Positions 9,212 through 19,592 are shown, counted from the stretch's first letter. The stretch is DNA of 64,000 bases from Nitrospira sp. (GCA_021323395.1 JAJONL010000002.1:12621-76620); one strand, 5' to 3'. The notes: a model not told the origin generated them from the sequence alone. Program-made: numbers and translations.

Positions 9212-10355
9212 ATGATGGAAGATGTCCCGACCCGTGTACGCAGTCTCGGAGAGCAGTTGGCTCACTTACGGGGGCACCTTTGACCTGGCTCGGATGACCG
9301 CTGAACTCAATGACATCGAGGCGAAGACCTCCCAACCGGACTTCTGGAAAGATACGCAGGCTGCCGCCAAAGTGAATCGCCGCAAGGCGACCCTCGATCG
9401 GGAATTGAACCGCTGGCGAGAGACCGAACGTCGACAGAGCGACATTGAGGCCCTGCTCGATCTCGCCATGGAATCAGGCGACGCGGGGTTCGAACAGGAA
9501 CTGACCGGCGAACTCGCGCAATTCGAAAAGGCCGTCGCGCAGTTCCGCATTGAACTGCTGCTGTCCGGTGAGTTGGATGCCAGCAATGCGATCTTTGCGA
9601 TTCATCCGGGCGCCGGCGGAACGGAGTCGCAGGATTGGGCGCAGATGCTCCTGCGCATGTATGTGCGGTGGGCCGAGCGAAAGGGCTTCAAAGTCGAAAC
9701 GCTCGATCTCCTCGCGGGAGATGAAGCCGGTATCAAGAGCGCCACTCTGTCCGTGACCGGCCCCTATGCCTACGGTTTCCTCAAGGCGGAAGCCGGGGTT
9801 CACCGGCTCGTGCGCATCTCCCCGTTTGATGCCAATAAGCGGCGACATACCTCTTTCGCCTCGGTCTTCGTGTATCCGGAATTGGATGATGATGTCCAGG
9901 TGGTAATCGACGAGAAAGATCTCCGGATCGATACCTTTCGCGCCGGCGGCGCCGGTGGTCAGAACGTGAACAAGGTCGAGACTGCGATTCGCATCACCCA
10001 CATTCCGACGAATATCGTGGTGCAATGTCAGAACGAACGGTCGCAACTACAGAATCGCAATGGCGCCATGAAGATTTTGAAGGCCCGCCTGTTCGAAGTA
10101 GAACAGCGAAAAAAAGAAGCCGAATTCAATGCCATTGTCGGCGAGAAAAAAGACATCGCCTGGGGCAGTCAAATCCGCTCGTACGTCTTCCAGCCTTACC
10201 AGTTGGTCAAAGATCACCGGACAGGATATGAAGTCGGCCAGGTGTCCGCCGTGATGGACGGCGACCTGGACGGTTTCATCGAAGCCTATCTCCAGAAAAA
10301 ACTGACCGGCGGGAAAGCCCCGGAAGCGGACGCCCTGAAAGACGACGACCTGTAA
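9212..10355 (+). CDS. prfB: Peptide chain release factor 2 with programmed +1 frameshift
   Basis: ATG 9212 reads [23 protein letters not shown] to CTT TGA C (9278-9284). The +1 frame continues with GGTESQDW, the SPF anticodon loop (RISPFD) and GGAGGQ. Confidence 0.96.
9268..9284 (+). promoter_or_regulatory. prfB autoregulatory frameshift site
   Basis: ACGGGGG internal SD-like element, 3-nt spacer, then CTT TGA C; same layout as E. coli AGGGGG TAT CTT TGA C. Confidence 0.93.
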
Positions 10356-10362
10356 GGAAAGG

Positions 10363-10548
10363 GAGCTGATGGCGTATGGCAGATGATGGAGGGAAAGTGA
10401 GAGCTGATAGCTGATGGAGGGGAGCAAGAGTGTTTGGCCCGGAATGAGCAGGGTCACCGGTCTCCGGCTCCGAACTATCAGCCATCGGTCATAAGCCATT
10501 GGCTCTTATATCTCTCGCTATCAGCTATTCGCCATTAGCCATACGCTC
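10363..10548. repeat. Heptamer-built imperfect inverted repeat in the prfB-lysS spacer
   Basis: Left arm of GCTGATG/GCTGATA-type units and right arm of CTATCAG/GCCATTA-type units; 10363-10384 is the exact reverse complement of 23069-23090. Confidence 0.75.
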
Positions 10549-10551
10549 CGC

Positions 10552-12039
10552 ATGATCATGGATGAACTCAACGATCAACGCCAACAACGCATCAAGAAAC
10601 TCGATCAGCTCAAGCAGCAAGGGGTGCAGCCGTATGGCACACGCTTTGAGGTCAAAGATCGCGCCGGAGAGCTGACCCGCCTGCACGGGGACAAAACCAA
10701 AGAGATGCTCGAGCAGGAGAAGATCGGCTGCACCATCGCAGGGCGCGTGGTCGGCCTGCGCCGATTCGGGAAGGCGGCCTTCGCGGTCCTGCAAGATGGG
10801 TCGGACCGCCTGCAGGTCTACCTCAAGAAGGATACACTCGGCGAACAGGCCCATCAGATTTCCGAGGGGTTGGATCTCGGGGACTGGATCGGGATCACCG
10901 GCATTCTGTTTCGCACGAAGACCAACGAGTTTACGGTCGATGTCAAAACCCTCACGTTCCTCAGCAAAGCGCTCCGTCCCCTTCCGGAAAAGTGGCATGG
11001 GCTCACCGACGTCGAGACCCGGTACCGGCAGCGCTATGTGGATCTCATCGCCAATCCGCAGGTCCACCAGATTTTTGCCCTGAGGAGTCGGATCATTTCG
11101 GGCATCCGCGCGTTTTTGATCGAACGCGGGTTTCTGGAAGTGGAAACTCCCATGATGCACCCGATTCCCGGCGGGGCGGCGGCGAAGCCCTTCGTGACCC
11201 ATCACAATGCATTGGCGACCGATCTCTATCTCCGCATCGCGCCGGAGCTCTATCTCAAGCGGCTGATCGTGGGCGGCTTTCCGCGCGTATTCGAGATCAA
11301 CCGTAACTTCCGCAACGAAGGCATCTCGACGATTCACAATCCCGAGTTCACGATGTTGGAGTTCTACGTCGCCTATGCCGACTATCAGGACCTCATTCGG
11401 TTAACGGAAACCCTCATCAGCCGGCTGGCGCGGGACATTCTCGGTACGACCACCATCGACTATCAGGGTATGCAGATCAATCTCGCTTCGCCCTGGCGCT
11501 GCTGGTCGTACCATCAAGCGATTCTGGAAGTGAATAACCTGCCGCCTTCCGTCCTCACGAATCGGGATGAAGCACTGGCTGCGGCCCAGCGCCTGGGCGT
11601 CGAAGTCGCCCCCCACGATTCGTTGGTGAACATTCTCAACGAGATCTTCGAGGAAACCGTCGAGCCGCATTTGCAGCAACCGACGTTCATCACGGACTAT
11701 CCGATCGAGATTTCGCCGCTCGCGCGCCGGAAGGATGCCGATCCTTCGCTGACCGATCGCTTCGAACTCTACATTGCGGGCCGTGAAATCGCCAACGCCT
11801 TCTCCGAGTTGAATGATCCGCTCGATCAGCGCGAGCGCTTCGAGGCCCAAGCGGCGCAGCATGAAGCGGGCGACGAAGAGGCCCACCGGGTCGACGAAGA
11901 TTTTTTGCGCGCCCTTGAATACGGCATGCCGCCGACCGCCGGTGAAGGCATCGGGATCGATCGCCTCGTCATGCTCTTCACGAATCAGGCCTCCATCCGG
12001 GATGTCATTCTCTTCCCGCAGCTCAGGCCGGAGAAGTAG
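10552..12039 (+). CDS. lysS: Lysyl-tRNA synthetase, class II
   Basis: OB-fold N-terminus, RYRQRYVDL, LRIAPELYLKRLIVGG, FRNEG, HNPEFTMLEFY, GIGIDRL. Confidence 0.98.
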   Translation: MIMDELNDQRQQRIKKLDQLKQQGVQPYGTRFEVKDRAGELTRLHGDKTKEMLEQEKIGCTIAGRVVGLRRFGKAAFAVLQDGSDRLQVYLKKDTLGEQAHQISEGLDLGDWIGITGILFRTKTNEFTVDVKTLTFLSKALRPLPEKWHGLTDVETRYRQRYVDLIANPQVHQIFALRSRIISGIRAFLIERGFLEVETPMMHPIPGGAAAKPFVTHHNALATDLYLRIAPELYLKRLIVGGFPRVFEINRNFRNEGISTIHNPEFTMLEFYVAYADYQDLIRLTETLISRLARDILGTTTIDYQGMQINLASPWRCWSYHQAILEVNNLPPSVLTNRDEALAAAQRLGVEVAPHDSLVNILNEIFEETVEPHLQQPTFITDYPIEISPLARRKDADPSLTDRFELYIAGREIANAFSELNDPLDQRERFEAQAAQHEAGDEEAHRVDEDFLRALEYGMPPTAGEGIGIDRLVMLFTNQASIRDVILFPQLRPEK

Positions 12040-12041
12040 GC

Positions 12042-13319
12042 GTGGCGCTTCCCTATGAGATTTTCATCGGTTTGCGCTACCTGCGCGCCAAACGGCGCAA
12101 CCGCACCATTTCCTTCAATACGATCGTGTCCATCGCCGGCATTACGCTCGGCGTCGCGGCCTTGATCGGCACGGTCGGCATCATGACCGGATTCAAGGAA
12201 GATATTCAGGCCAAGATTCTCGGCACGACGGCGCACATCTTGGTGAATGACCGTATGAAAGAGACGATGGTGGACTACGAGGAGCAGGTGAAAAAGGTCA
12301 CGGGCGTTCCCGATGTCGTGGCCGCCACCCCCTTCATCTTCCGCCAGGTACTTCTGACGTCTTCATCGGGCGTGCAGGGCATTATTCTTCGAGGAATCGA
12401 TCCGGCCCGTGAAGGCACCGTGACGGAGCTGGCACATAACCTCGTGGGTGGAAACCTGGATGACTTGTCACGGCCGGTCAAGGTCACCATTCCCGAAAAG
12501 GAACGCGAGCCCAACGGACCCGACCAGGCCATGCGGCCGGGCATCATTTTGGGAAAAGAACTGTCCATGCGGCTGGGCGTCTTCACCGGCGACACATTGA
12601 ATGTGGTGTCCCCGGTCGGCCCGGTGACGGGCGCCAGCATGACGCCGAAAATCCGGCAGTTCGTCGTGGTGGGTCTTTTTCAATCCGGCATGTATGAGTA
12701 CGACTCTTCCCTCGCGTACATCGAGTTGGGCGAAGCGCAGAAATTCTTTAATATGGGCGCCGGCGTCACCGGTATCGAGGTCAAGGTGACCGATGTGTTC
12801 CGCGCGGCGGACATTGCCCGCACGATCGAACAGAGCCTCGGGTTTTCCTTTTGGGCCAGGGACTGGATGCAGATGAATCGGAACCTCTTCTCCGCGCTGA
12901 AACTTGAAAAGACCATGATGTTCCTCTTGCTGGTGCTGATCACGATCGTAGCCTCCTTCAATATCGTCAGTACGCTCACCATGATCGTGACCGAAAAACA
13001 GCGCGAGATCGCCATTCTCAAGGCCATGGGAGCGACCCGCAAAGGCATCATGCGTATTTTCATGCTCAACGGACTGATCATCGGCTGTTCCGGCGCCGCG
13101 ATCGGGGTCCCGCTGGGTTATGCGTTCCTCTGGCTGATCCAGACGTTTTGGACGTTCGATCCGACCGTCTATTACATTTCCCGGATCCCGGTCCACGTGA
13201 TGGGGTCTGATGTATTGCTGGTGGCAGGATCGGCCATTCTGATCAGCTTTGTCGCGACCCTCTACCCGTCGCTCCAGGCAGCCAAACTCGACCCGGCTGC
13301 GGCCTTGCGATACGAGTAA
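12042..13319 (+). CDS. lolC/E: Lipoprotein-releasing ABC transporter permease (LolC/LolE)
   Basis: IGLRYLRAKRR, GITLGVAALI, EKQREIAILKAMGAT, YPSLQAAKLDPAAALRYE. Confidence 0.93.
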   Translation: MALPYEIFIGLRYLRAKRRNRTISFNTIVSIAGITLGVAALIGTVGIMTGFKEDIQAKILGTTAHILVNDRMKETMVDYEEQVKKVTGVPDVVAATPFIFRQVLLTSSSGVQGIILRGIDPAREGTVTELAHNLVGGNLDDLSRPVKVTIPEKEREPNGPDQAMRPGIILGKELSMRLGVFTGDTLNVVSPVGPVTGASMTPKIRQFVVVGLFQSGMYEYDSSLAYIELGEAQKFFNMGAGVTGIEVKVTDVFRAADIARTIEQSLGFSFWARDWMQMNRNLFSALKLEKTMMFLLLVLITIVASFNIVSTLTMIVTEKQREIAILKAMGATRKGIMRIFMLNGLIIGCSGAAIGVPLGYAFLWLIQTFWTFDPTVYYISRIPVHVMGSDVLLVAGSAILISFVATLYPSLQAAKLDPAAALRYE

Positions 13320-13323
13320 CGAA

Positions 13324-13372
13324 ACCTGAAGACTGAAACACTCCGAGCATTGAAAAGTGAACACTGATTACC
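13324..13372. repeat. Short degenerate heptamer tract (TGAA core)
   Basis: AACCTGA AGACTGA AACACTC ... AGCATTG AAAAGTG AACACTG, period 7, between lolC/E and lolD. Confidence 0.4.
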
Positions 13373-13390
13373 CCACATTGCGGTTCACAC

Positions 13391-14059
13391 ATGATTGACG
13401 TCACCGGCCTCCACAAGTCCTTCCCCATGGGGGGGCGTGAATTGGTGGTGCTCAACAACATCAACCTCCGCATTCAGCGCGGCGAACTGATCGCCATCAT
13501 GGGAGCGTCCGGAGCCGGTAAAAGCACCCTGCTCCAGATTCTCGGCACATTGGATCGTCCGACGAAGGGCACGGTGTCGTTCGAAGGGCAGGATCTTTTT
13601 CAACTCAATGAACAACAGCAGGCGGAGTTCCGGAATAAACGGGTCGGATTCGTATTTCAATTTCACCATCTGCTTCCGGAATTCACGGCCCTGGAAAACG
13701 CCTGTCTGCCCGCTATGATTCAGAAACGGGATTTGGCGGATGTCGCAGGCGAAGCCACGAAGCTGCTGCGGGAGGTGGGCCTGGGCGAACGCCTGCACCA
13801 CAAGCCCGGCGAGCTCTCCGGAGGCGAGCAACAACGAGTGTCGGTCGCGCGCGCGTTGATGCAGCAACCGGACCTCGTGCTGGCCGATGAGCCGACCGGC
13901 AACCTCGATAGCCACACGGGAGATGCCCTCTTCACTCTTCTCCGCCAGCTCAACCGCTCCCGAGGCACCACCTTCGTCATCGTGACCCACAACGACAAGC
14001 TCTCTGCCCATGCCGACCGGATTGTGTCCATGCAGGACGGAATGATCGTGTCTCAATAG
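13391..14059 (+). CDS. lolD: Lipoprotein-releasing ABC transporter ATPase
   Basis: Walker A GASGAGKST, GFVFQFHHLLPEFTALEN, LSGGEQQR, LADEPTGNLD. Confidence 0.95.
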   Translation: MIDVTGLHKSFPMGGRELVVLNNINLRIQRGELIAIMGASGAGKSTLLQILGTLDRPTKGTVSFEGQDLFQLNEQQQAEFRNKRVGFVFQFHHLLPEFTALENACLPAMIQKRDLADVAGEATKLLREVGLGERLHHKPGELSGGEQQRVSVARALMQQPDLVLADEPTGNLDSHTGDALFTLLRQLNRSRGTTFVIVTHNDKLSAHADRIVSMQDGMIVSQ

Positions 14060-14129
14060 TCGCCGGCCGAGGAGACTGTACAGCCCGCTCGAGCGACCTG
14101 CGCGCGGCGGGAACCATGACCGCGATTTC

Positions 14130-14158
14130 TTGACGCCTCTCGAATCTTTCCGTAGACT
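14130..14158 (+). promoter_or_regulatory. Candidate sigma70 promoter
   Basis: TTGACG, 17-bp spacer, TAGACT, about 40 nt before ATG 14198. Confidence 0.5.
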
Positions 14159-14197
14159 GGCCCCTCGACGGCGCTGACTTGGCATCAGGCACCCCCT

Positions 14198-15340
14198 ATG
14201 AAGAAGATGATGTTCTGCATTCGAACCGTCGCTGCGTTTCTGGCCGTTCTCGTCCCACTCCAAGCGGCTGCCGTGGAGTTCGTCTTTGTCGGCTCACGCC
14301 AGATGGGCATGGGCGGAGCCGGCGTGGCGACCACCACCGATTCACTCGCGACCTACTGGAATCCCGCCGGCATGGCCATGAGCAAGAAGTTCGACATTCG
14401 TATCCAGGGGAGCGGTCAGGTGGTCGATCGCGGCGATGTCTTCGACGCGCTCAAGGACATCAACAATCTGAATTTGAACGACACCTCCGCCGGCAACCTC
14501 GCCCGCGTTCAGCAGTTGGTCGATCGGATCAACCGGCCGGGAACCAACTTGACGGCCGCCGCCTCCGGCGGCTTCTACGTAAAGGGCAACTTCGGCGAAC
14601 ATGCGTTGGGATTCAACGTGTCCGATGTCGCCACGTCCGGTGGATTTCTTCGCAGTCCTGTCGGATTCACGAATAACGGCGCCAACCTGACCGTCAACGG
14701 ACAATTCGCCATGAACGGCTTGGAGGCTCGTCAGGCCGCCCTGTCTTACGCGTACGCGTTCATGGACCGGATGTTCTCCATCGGCGTAACCGGCAAGGTC
14801 ATCCAAGGCGCGGCCTACACGGGGGCCACGAACATTCGTGGCGCCAGCGACGACGTGAGAGTCTTTGAAGATCTGGGCCGGGCGAAAATTTCCACGGCCC
14901 TCGGGATCGACGTGGGAGCCATGTTCAGGCCTTCCTCCTGGTTGAAAATGGGCATCGTGGCCAAAGACATCAACGCGCCCACCTTCGATGCGCCCAACGG
15001 AGATAAATTCAAACTGCTTCCCCAAGTGAGGACCGGGCTCGCCGTCAACCCGTACAACTCCTTAACACTGACTGCAGATGTGGACATTACGAAGAACAAT
15101 ACGCTCACCCCCGGCGTCTACAGCCAGGTCTTGAGCCTCGGCGCCGAGCAAACCATCTTGTCCGAGCTCCTGTCATTCAGGCTCGGAGCCTTTAAAAACA
15201 TGCAGGATGCCAAGACCCCGTTCATTCCCACGGCGGGCTTCGGTCTCCGCATCCTTGACTTGCGGATCGACATCGCCGGCGGGTATGATTTCAAGGACCA
15301 AGCCGCCCTGGCGTCCGGGTCCATAGCCTTGACCTTCTAG
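14198..15340 (+). CDS. Outer-membrane beta-barrel, TraF_2/FadL-like
   Basis: Signal peptide; GSRQMGMGGAGVA..ATYWNPAG N-terminal motif; alternating strands; terminal Phe. Confidence 0.75.
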   Translation: MKKMMFCIRTVAAFLAVLVPLQAAAVEFVFVGSRQMGMGGAGVATTTDSLATYWNPAGMAMSKKFDIRIQGSGQVVDRGDVFDALKDINNLNLNDTSAGNLARVQQLVDRINRPGTNLTAAASGGFYVKGNFGEHALGFNVSDVATSGGFLRSPVGFTNNGANLTVNGQFAMNGLEARQAALSYAYAFMDRMFSIGVTGKVIQGAAYTGATNIRGASDDVRVFEDLGRAKISTALGIDVGAMFRPSSWLKMGIVAKDINAPTFDAPNGDKFKLLPQVRTGLAVNPYNSLTLTADVDITKNNTLTPGVYSQVLSLGAEQTILSELLSFRLGAFKNMQDAKTPFIPTAGFGLRILDLRIDIAGGYDFKDQAALASGSIALTF

Positions 15341-15387
15341 GTATTCTTTCAATTTTGATTCAATCTGCTACATTCCCTGTACGAGCC

Positions 15388-15993
15388 ATGACCAACCGCC
15401 CATTCCCCATCGTCACCGTCATCTTCGGGCTCTTTCTATCCGCTTTCCTGGCCGGTTGCGGCGGGTTACAAGAAATGTGGGAAGGGCCGGCGGCGCGGGG
15501 ATTCTATCCGAAGACCATGGCCATTCTTCCCATTTCCGGGAATTACGATAGCGCCCGGGAAGACGTAGAAGAAGTCGTGGCGAAAGTGCTGATCAAGAGC
15601 CGACGCGTCGAAAAAGTCGTCCCCCCGGATCAAGTCACCGACACCTTTCAGACGACTAAAGACGCCTTCGATGCGCTGGTGACCTACTTCTCTCGCATGG
15701 AAACGACCGGGCAATCGGACAAGGCTTCCGCCGTCAAGATCGGCCAAGCCTTGGGAGCCGATTCACTGCTGGTGGTGAAGGTCAATGCGTGGGAATATAC
15801 GAGAGAGGAAGGCGATAATATCGCCCGCGTGGGCCTGACCATGCGGCTCGTCGATGCGGTCAATGGCGCCATCGTGTGGAAAGCCCGGCATCAAGTACAT
15901 GAAAGTTACCTCTTCATCCGCCCGGACATGCGGGATCTGGCAACAAAGCTGGCCTCCGATATGATCAAATATATGCCGCCGGAAAAACGCTAG
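15388..15993 (+). CDS. Lipoprotein with CsgG/LpoB/DUF799-like alpha/beta fold
   Basis: Lipobox LAGC; MAILP, IGQALGADSLL, VGLTMRLVDAVNGAIVW. Confidence 0.72.
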   Translation: MTNRPFPIVTVIFGLFLSAFLAGCGGLQEMWEGPAARGFYPKTMAILPISGNYDSAREDVEEVVAKVLIKSRRVEKVVPPDQVTDTFQTTKDAFDALVTYFSRMETTGQSDKASAVKIGQALGADSLLVVKVNAWEYTREEGDNIARVGLTMRLVDAVNGAIVWKARHQVHESYLFIRPDMRDLATKLASDMIKYMPPEKR

Positions 15994-16014
15994 TCCTGTC
16001 CCGCCTATTTCGAA

Positions 16015-17067
16015 TCAGTCTCCCGCTACTCCTCGGCGAAAGCTTTCGATGGCGAGCCCGAACTGATTGGACAGGCTGGCCAGCTCCAGCACGTCCCAGT
16101 TGCTGAACGGCTTGCCGCCGCGTCTGTTGACGACCTCCAGCACACCTGCGCCACCGATTCCTGCTCGAATCGGGACGGACACGAGCGAGGCCACAGGGAT
16201 GACGGCCTGCCACCCCTGCCCGGATACCAAGCGCGGATCCTGAGCTCCTTTGCTGATCAACACCGGTTGCCCCGTCCGATGCACCATGGCGGCAATCGGC
16301 GATTGGAGCGCGGGCAAGGAACCGGCTTGCTCTCCACTCACCGAACACAGTTTCAAAGTTCCATCGTCGGCTTTGAGAAAGAGCGCACCCGCCTCCGCTT
16401 CAACCAGCCTGACGGCGGCGTCCAACGCCCGTCGCAACTTCTCCTCTTCGCCTAGCGAGGAGTTCAGCACATCGCTGACCTGTTCCATGTGCTGGATGCG
16501 CAAGATCTTCGCGGCATATTTGACCGTCAGCCTGGCATGGTCCAAGGCCACGGCCAACCAAGGTTCGACTGTCCTCAGCACCGTCAGGAGCCTGCGCGCG
16601 GGCAATGGTTGGGACGCTCCGGTTTGGACTATGACGAGCCCTTCCATCCGGCCGATTCGATGCAAGTGGAAGGCGTGCACGTCGCCGCTCGCGACCCGAG
16701 CCTCCTTCTCTGCTCTCATGAGGACCTTACGCCATTCCGCGGCCACGGACGCATCACCACGCCCGGCCTCGGCCAAGCAGGCCATGTCCCGCGTCTGTTC
16801 ATCACGCACGTAGATGGCGATCGCCTCGACCTTCGTCAATTGCCAGAACCATTGCACGAATGCCGCCGACACCCCGATAGGCGAACGGCATTTTTCTTCA
16901 GAGCTGCTCACCATCTCGAGCAGTCGTTGTTGGAGGGTTCGGATCAGGCGATCCTCGGATGCGGCCGCAACCTTACCTGTCGGCGTTTTGCGCAGGGGAA
17001 CATGGTCGGCGGGTTTCGGAGTTTTTTCGCGACTCGCACGGCTGATCTTTTGACGCACAGCGGCCAT
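16015..17067 (-). CDS. GAF-domain protein with no recognisable output domain
   Basis: GAGGAG RBS; C-terminal GAF (LDAAVRLVEAEAGALFL..SLVSVPI..GVLEVVNRR..FSNWD..LASL); degenerate upstream GAF-like segment. Confidence 0.75.
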   Translation of the reverse strand: MAAVRQKISRASREKTPKPADHVPLRKTPTGKVAAASEDRLIRTLQQRLLEMVSSSEEKCRSPIGVSAAFVQWFWQLTKVEAIAIYVRDEQTRDMACLAEAGRGDASVAAEWRKVLMRAEKEARVASGDVHAFHLHRIGRMEGLVIVQTGASQPLPARRLLTVLRTVEPWLAVALDHARLTVKYAAKILRIQHMEQVSDVLNSSLGEEEKLRRALDAAVRLVEAEAGALFLKADDGTLKLCSVSGEQAGSLPALQSPIAAMVHRTGQPVLISKGAQDPRLVSGQGWQAVIPVASLVSVPIRAGIGGAGVLEVVNRRGGKPFSNWDVLELASLSNQFGLAIESFRRGVAGD

Positions 17068-17273
17068 AACGTCTCCTCGTTAAACCGTCAATCGCGGCTT
17101 AGTAGGTGTCGATGCCGCGAAGGGCATCTCATGTGAGTACACGATAGGCTGACCGGCAGTATTTTCGGAAGGGAAAAGTGATTTCGAGAAGTTGCCCGGA
17201 GGTAACGTTTCGATTCCGCCACGGAAAGGAAATACGCAAACAGTAGGATATAGAGCCGGTCTTCTCTCTGCCG

Positions 17274-18074
17274 TTAGGCAGGTTGCATGGCCGCCTTGAG
17301 GGAGCGAACGAATCCGCCCACTTCCTGAATGAGCCGGCCATCTTGTCCATGTTCTCCCACCCGATGGACAATGGCGCTGCCCACGATGACGCCGTCGGCG
17401 ACCTTCGATACCCGGGCTGCATCCTCCGCAGTGGCGACGCCGAACCCCACGGCCACAGGCCGCTTCGTGTGCTTCCTGATTTTTGCGACATTTGCACGCA
17501 CTCCCGCGATGTCGCTCAGCTTGGCGCCCGTGATGCCGGTGATGGAAACATAATACACAAATCCGCCGGACTCCTTTGCGACGTAGGCCCGTCGAGCAGA
17601 AGTGCTGGTGGGGGCCAACAGAAAAATGATATGCAGGCCGGCTTCGTCCGCGGGCCCACGCAATGGCCCCCCCTCGTCCGGCGGCATATCTGGAACGATC
17701 ACTCCATCGACGCCGGCCTCAACGGCCTTCCGGCAAAATTCCGCCTCCCCGAAGGCATGGATGTTGTTGTAATAGGCCATCAACACAATAGGAATTTGTG
17801 TGGTGCCCCGTAGATGCCGAACAGATTCCAATATCATTCGCAGAGATGTCCCGCTGCGAAGCCCACGTTCCGCCGCCTTTTGAATCACCGGCCCATCGGC
17901 AATCGGATCCGAAAAGGGTACGCCCAGTTCGATGACGTCGGCCCCGGCGCGCTCCAATTCAAGTACCAGTTCTTCGGTGTCCTGAAGCGACGGATCACCC
18001 GCCATGATGTACGTAATGAGCGCTTTCTCGCCCTTTTCTCTCAGCCGACTGAATGTCTGATCCAAGCGATTCAT
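17274..18074 (-). CDS. trpA: Tryptophan synthase alpha chain
   Basis: ELGVPFSDPIADGPVIQ, LMAYYN, FLLAPTS, VGFGV, DGVIVGSA; start moved to ATG 18074 (MNRLDQTF). Confidence 0.97.
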   Translation of the reverse strand: MNRLDQTFSRLREKGEKALITYIMAGDPSLQDTEELVLELERAGADVIELGVPFSDPIADGPVIQKAAERGLRSGTSLRMILESVRHLRGTTQIPIVLMAYYNNIHAFGEAEFCRKAVEAGVDGVIVPDMPPDEGGPLRGPADEAGLHIIFLLAPTSTSARRAYVAKESGGFVYYVSITGITGAKLSDIAGVRANVAKIRKHTKRPVAVGFGVATAEDAARVSKVADGVIVGSAIVHRVGEHGQDGRLIQEVGGFVRSLKAAMQPA

Positions 18075-18117
18075 ATCGATAGACCCAATCCTTTCGCTAG
18101 TCCCTCCGCTCATCTTT

Positions 18118-18358
18118 GCAGGATGTTCAAAACGGCCGTCCAGCGCGGCCGCAGCAAGCGAAGAGGTGAGGCGTACTCCCTTCTTACCCGCCCACCCTGA
18201 GCCTGCCGAGACAGGCTCTTTTCCCATGGCCGTACGTCGATCCTCTGAGGTTCACGACGCGCTGAATAAAGCGCGTCACGTTTGTGAACGCCGGCGAGTG
18301 AATGAGCCGGGAGTGTCTTGCGAGAACAAAGCTGGAGGCCATTTTCAACATCCTGCTA
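18118..18358. mobile_element. MITE-like element between trpB and trpA
   Basis: TIRs GCAGGATGTTCAAAA (18118-18132) and TTTTCAACATCCTGC (18342-18356), 14/15 complementary; non-coding; internal hairpins. Confidence 0.72.
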
Positions 18359-19546
18359 CAGCAACACGCCCTTCATCCGGGCCACCTGTTGCACATCCTT
18401 GTCCCCGCGCCCGGATAAGTTGACGATCAAGACTTGGCTTTTCTTCATCTTGGGAGCAGATCTCACCACCTCGGCAATGGCGTGGGCACTTTCGAGGGCC
18501 GGCATGATTCCTTCTTCTCGCGCGAGCAAATCGAACGCCGCCAACGCTTCATCATCGGTTACAGATGTGTAGTGAGCACGATTCGTTTCCTTATGGTAGC
18601 TATGTTCCGGACCGACCGCCGCATAGTCCAAACCGGCCGATACGGAATGGGTCAGATTCACCTGGCCATTGTCGTCTTGAAGCAAATAGGTCATCGTACC
18701 CTGAAGCACGCCGGGTCGGCCGCCCGCAAAGCGGGCCGCGTGTTTCCCACTCTCGATGCCAAGACCGCCCGCTTCGACACCCACCAGCTTCACCTTCTTA
18801 TCCGGAACAAAGGCGTGGAACAATCCGATGGCGTTGCTTCCGCCGCCCACACAGGCGACGAGGCCATCGGGAAGGCGGCCTTCCGCAGCCAGAATCTGCT
18901 TGCGAGCTTCACGCCCGATCACCGACTGAAAATCTCGGATCATCATCGGATAGGGATGCGCGCCGAGCACGGAGCCCAGTACGTAATGGGTCGTCCGCAC
19001 GTTGGTCGTCCAATCTCGCATGGCCTCACTGATGGCATCCTTCAGCGTTCGGCTGCCCGCATCGACCCCCGTGACCGTGGCGCCGAGCAGCCTCATTCGG
19101 AAGACGTTCAATGCCTGCCGCTGCATATCCTCGGTGCCCATGTAAATTTCACATTCGAGACCGAACATGGCCGCCACCGTCGCCGTCGCCACGCCATGCT
19201 GCCCCGCGCCCGTCTCGGCAATGAGGCGCGGTTTCTTCATGCGTTTCGCCAGGAGGGCCTGGCCGATGGCATTGTTGATCTTGTGGGCGCCGGTGTGGCA
19301 GAGGTCCTCGCGCTTCAGATAGATCTTCGCTCCGCCCAAGCATTTCGTCAGACGCTGGGCGAAATAGAGCGGCGTCGGCCGCCCGACATATTCTTTCAAG
19401 TAATGCTTGAACTCAGTTTGAAACTTCTTGTCACGACGCGTGCGCTGGTAGACTTCTTCCAATTCCAGCAACGCCGGCATCAGAGTCTCAGGCACATACC
19501 GCCCCCCGTAGGGTCCGAACCGCCCATGTCGATCTGGTATCGCCAT
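18356..19546 (-). CDS. trpB: Tryptophan synthase beta chain
   Basis: [61 protein letters not shown]; start at ATG 19546 after a GAAGGA RBS. Confidence 0.98.
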   Translation of the reverse strand: MAIPDRHGRFGPYGGRYVPETLMPALLELEEVYQRTRRDKKFQTEFKHYLKEYVGRPTPLYFAQRLTKCLGGAKIYLKREDLCHTGAHKINNAIGQALLAKRMKKPRLIAETGAGQHGVATATVAAMFGLECEIYMGTEDMQRQALNVFRMRLLGATVTGVDAGSRTLKDAISEAMRDWTTNVRTTHYVLGSVLGAHPYPMMIRDFQSVIGREARKQILAAEGRLPDGLVACVGGGSNAIGLFHAFVPDKKVKLVGVEAGGLGIESGKHAARFAGGRPGVLQGTMTYLLQDDNGQVNLTHSVSAGLDYAAVGPEHSYHKETNRAHYTSVTDDEALAAFDLLAREEGIMPALESAHAIAEVVRSAPKMKKSQVLIVNLSGRGDKDVQQVARMKGVLL

Positions 19547-19592
19547 ATCAGTTCCTTCAGCTATTCGTAAAAATAAAAGTATAAACGCTGAA

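Noticed and set aside
8213-9265. Long antisense or alternative-frame ORFs (for example 8213-9265, 18434-19570, 29087-30169, 51350-52573, 60352-61113, 4786-5298)
   Set aside because: They shadow well-supported genes, lack motifs and are expected at high GC.
14198-15340. TraF as evidence of a conjugative element
   Set aside because: No relaxase, coupling protein or other T4SS genes; flanked by housekeeping genes.
18075-18227. N-terminal extensions of trpA (also trpB, trpG, MoxR, ligA) in the ORF track
   Set aside because: They run through intergenic repeats or neighbouring genes; downstream ATGs match the family N-termini.
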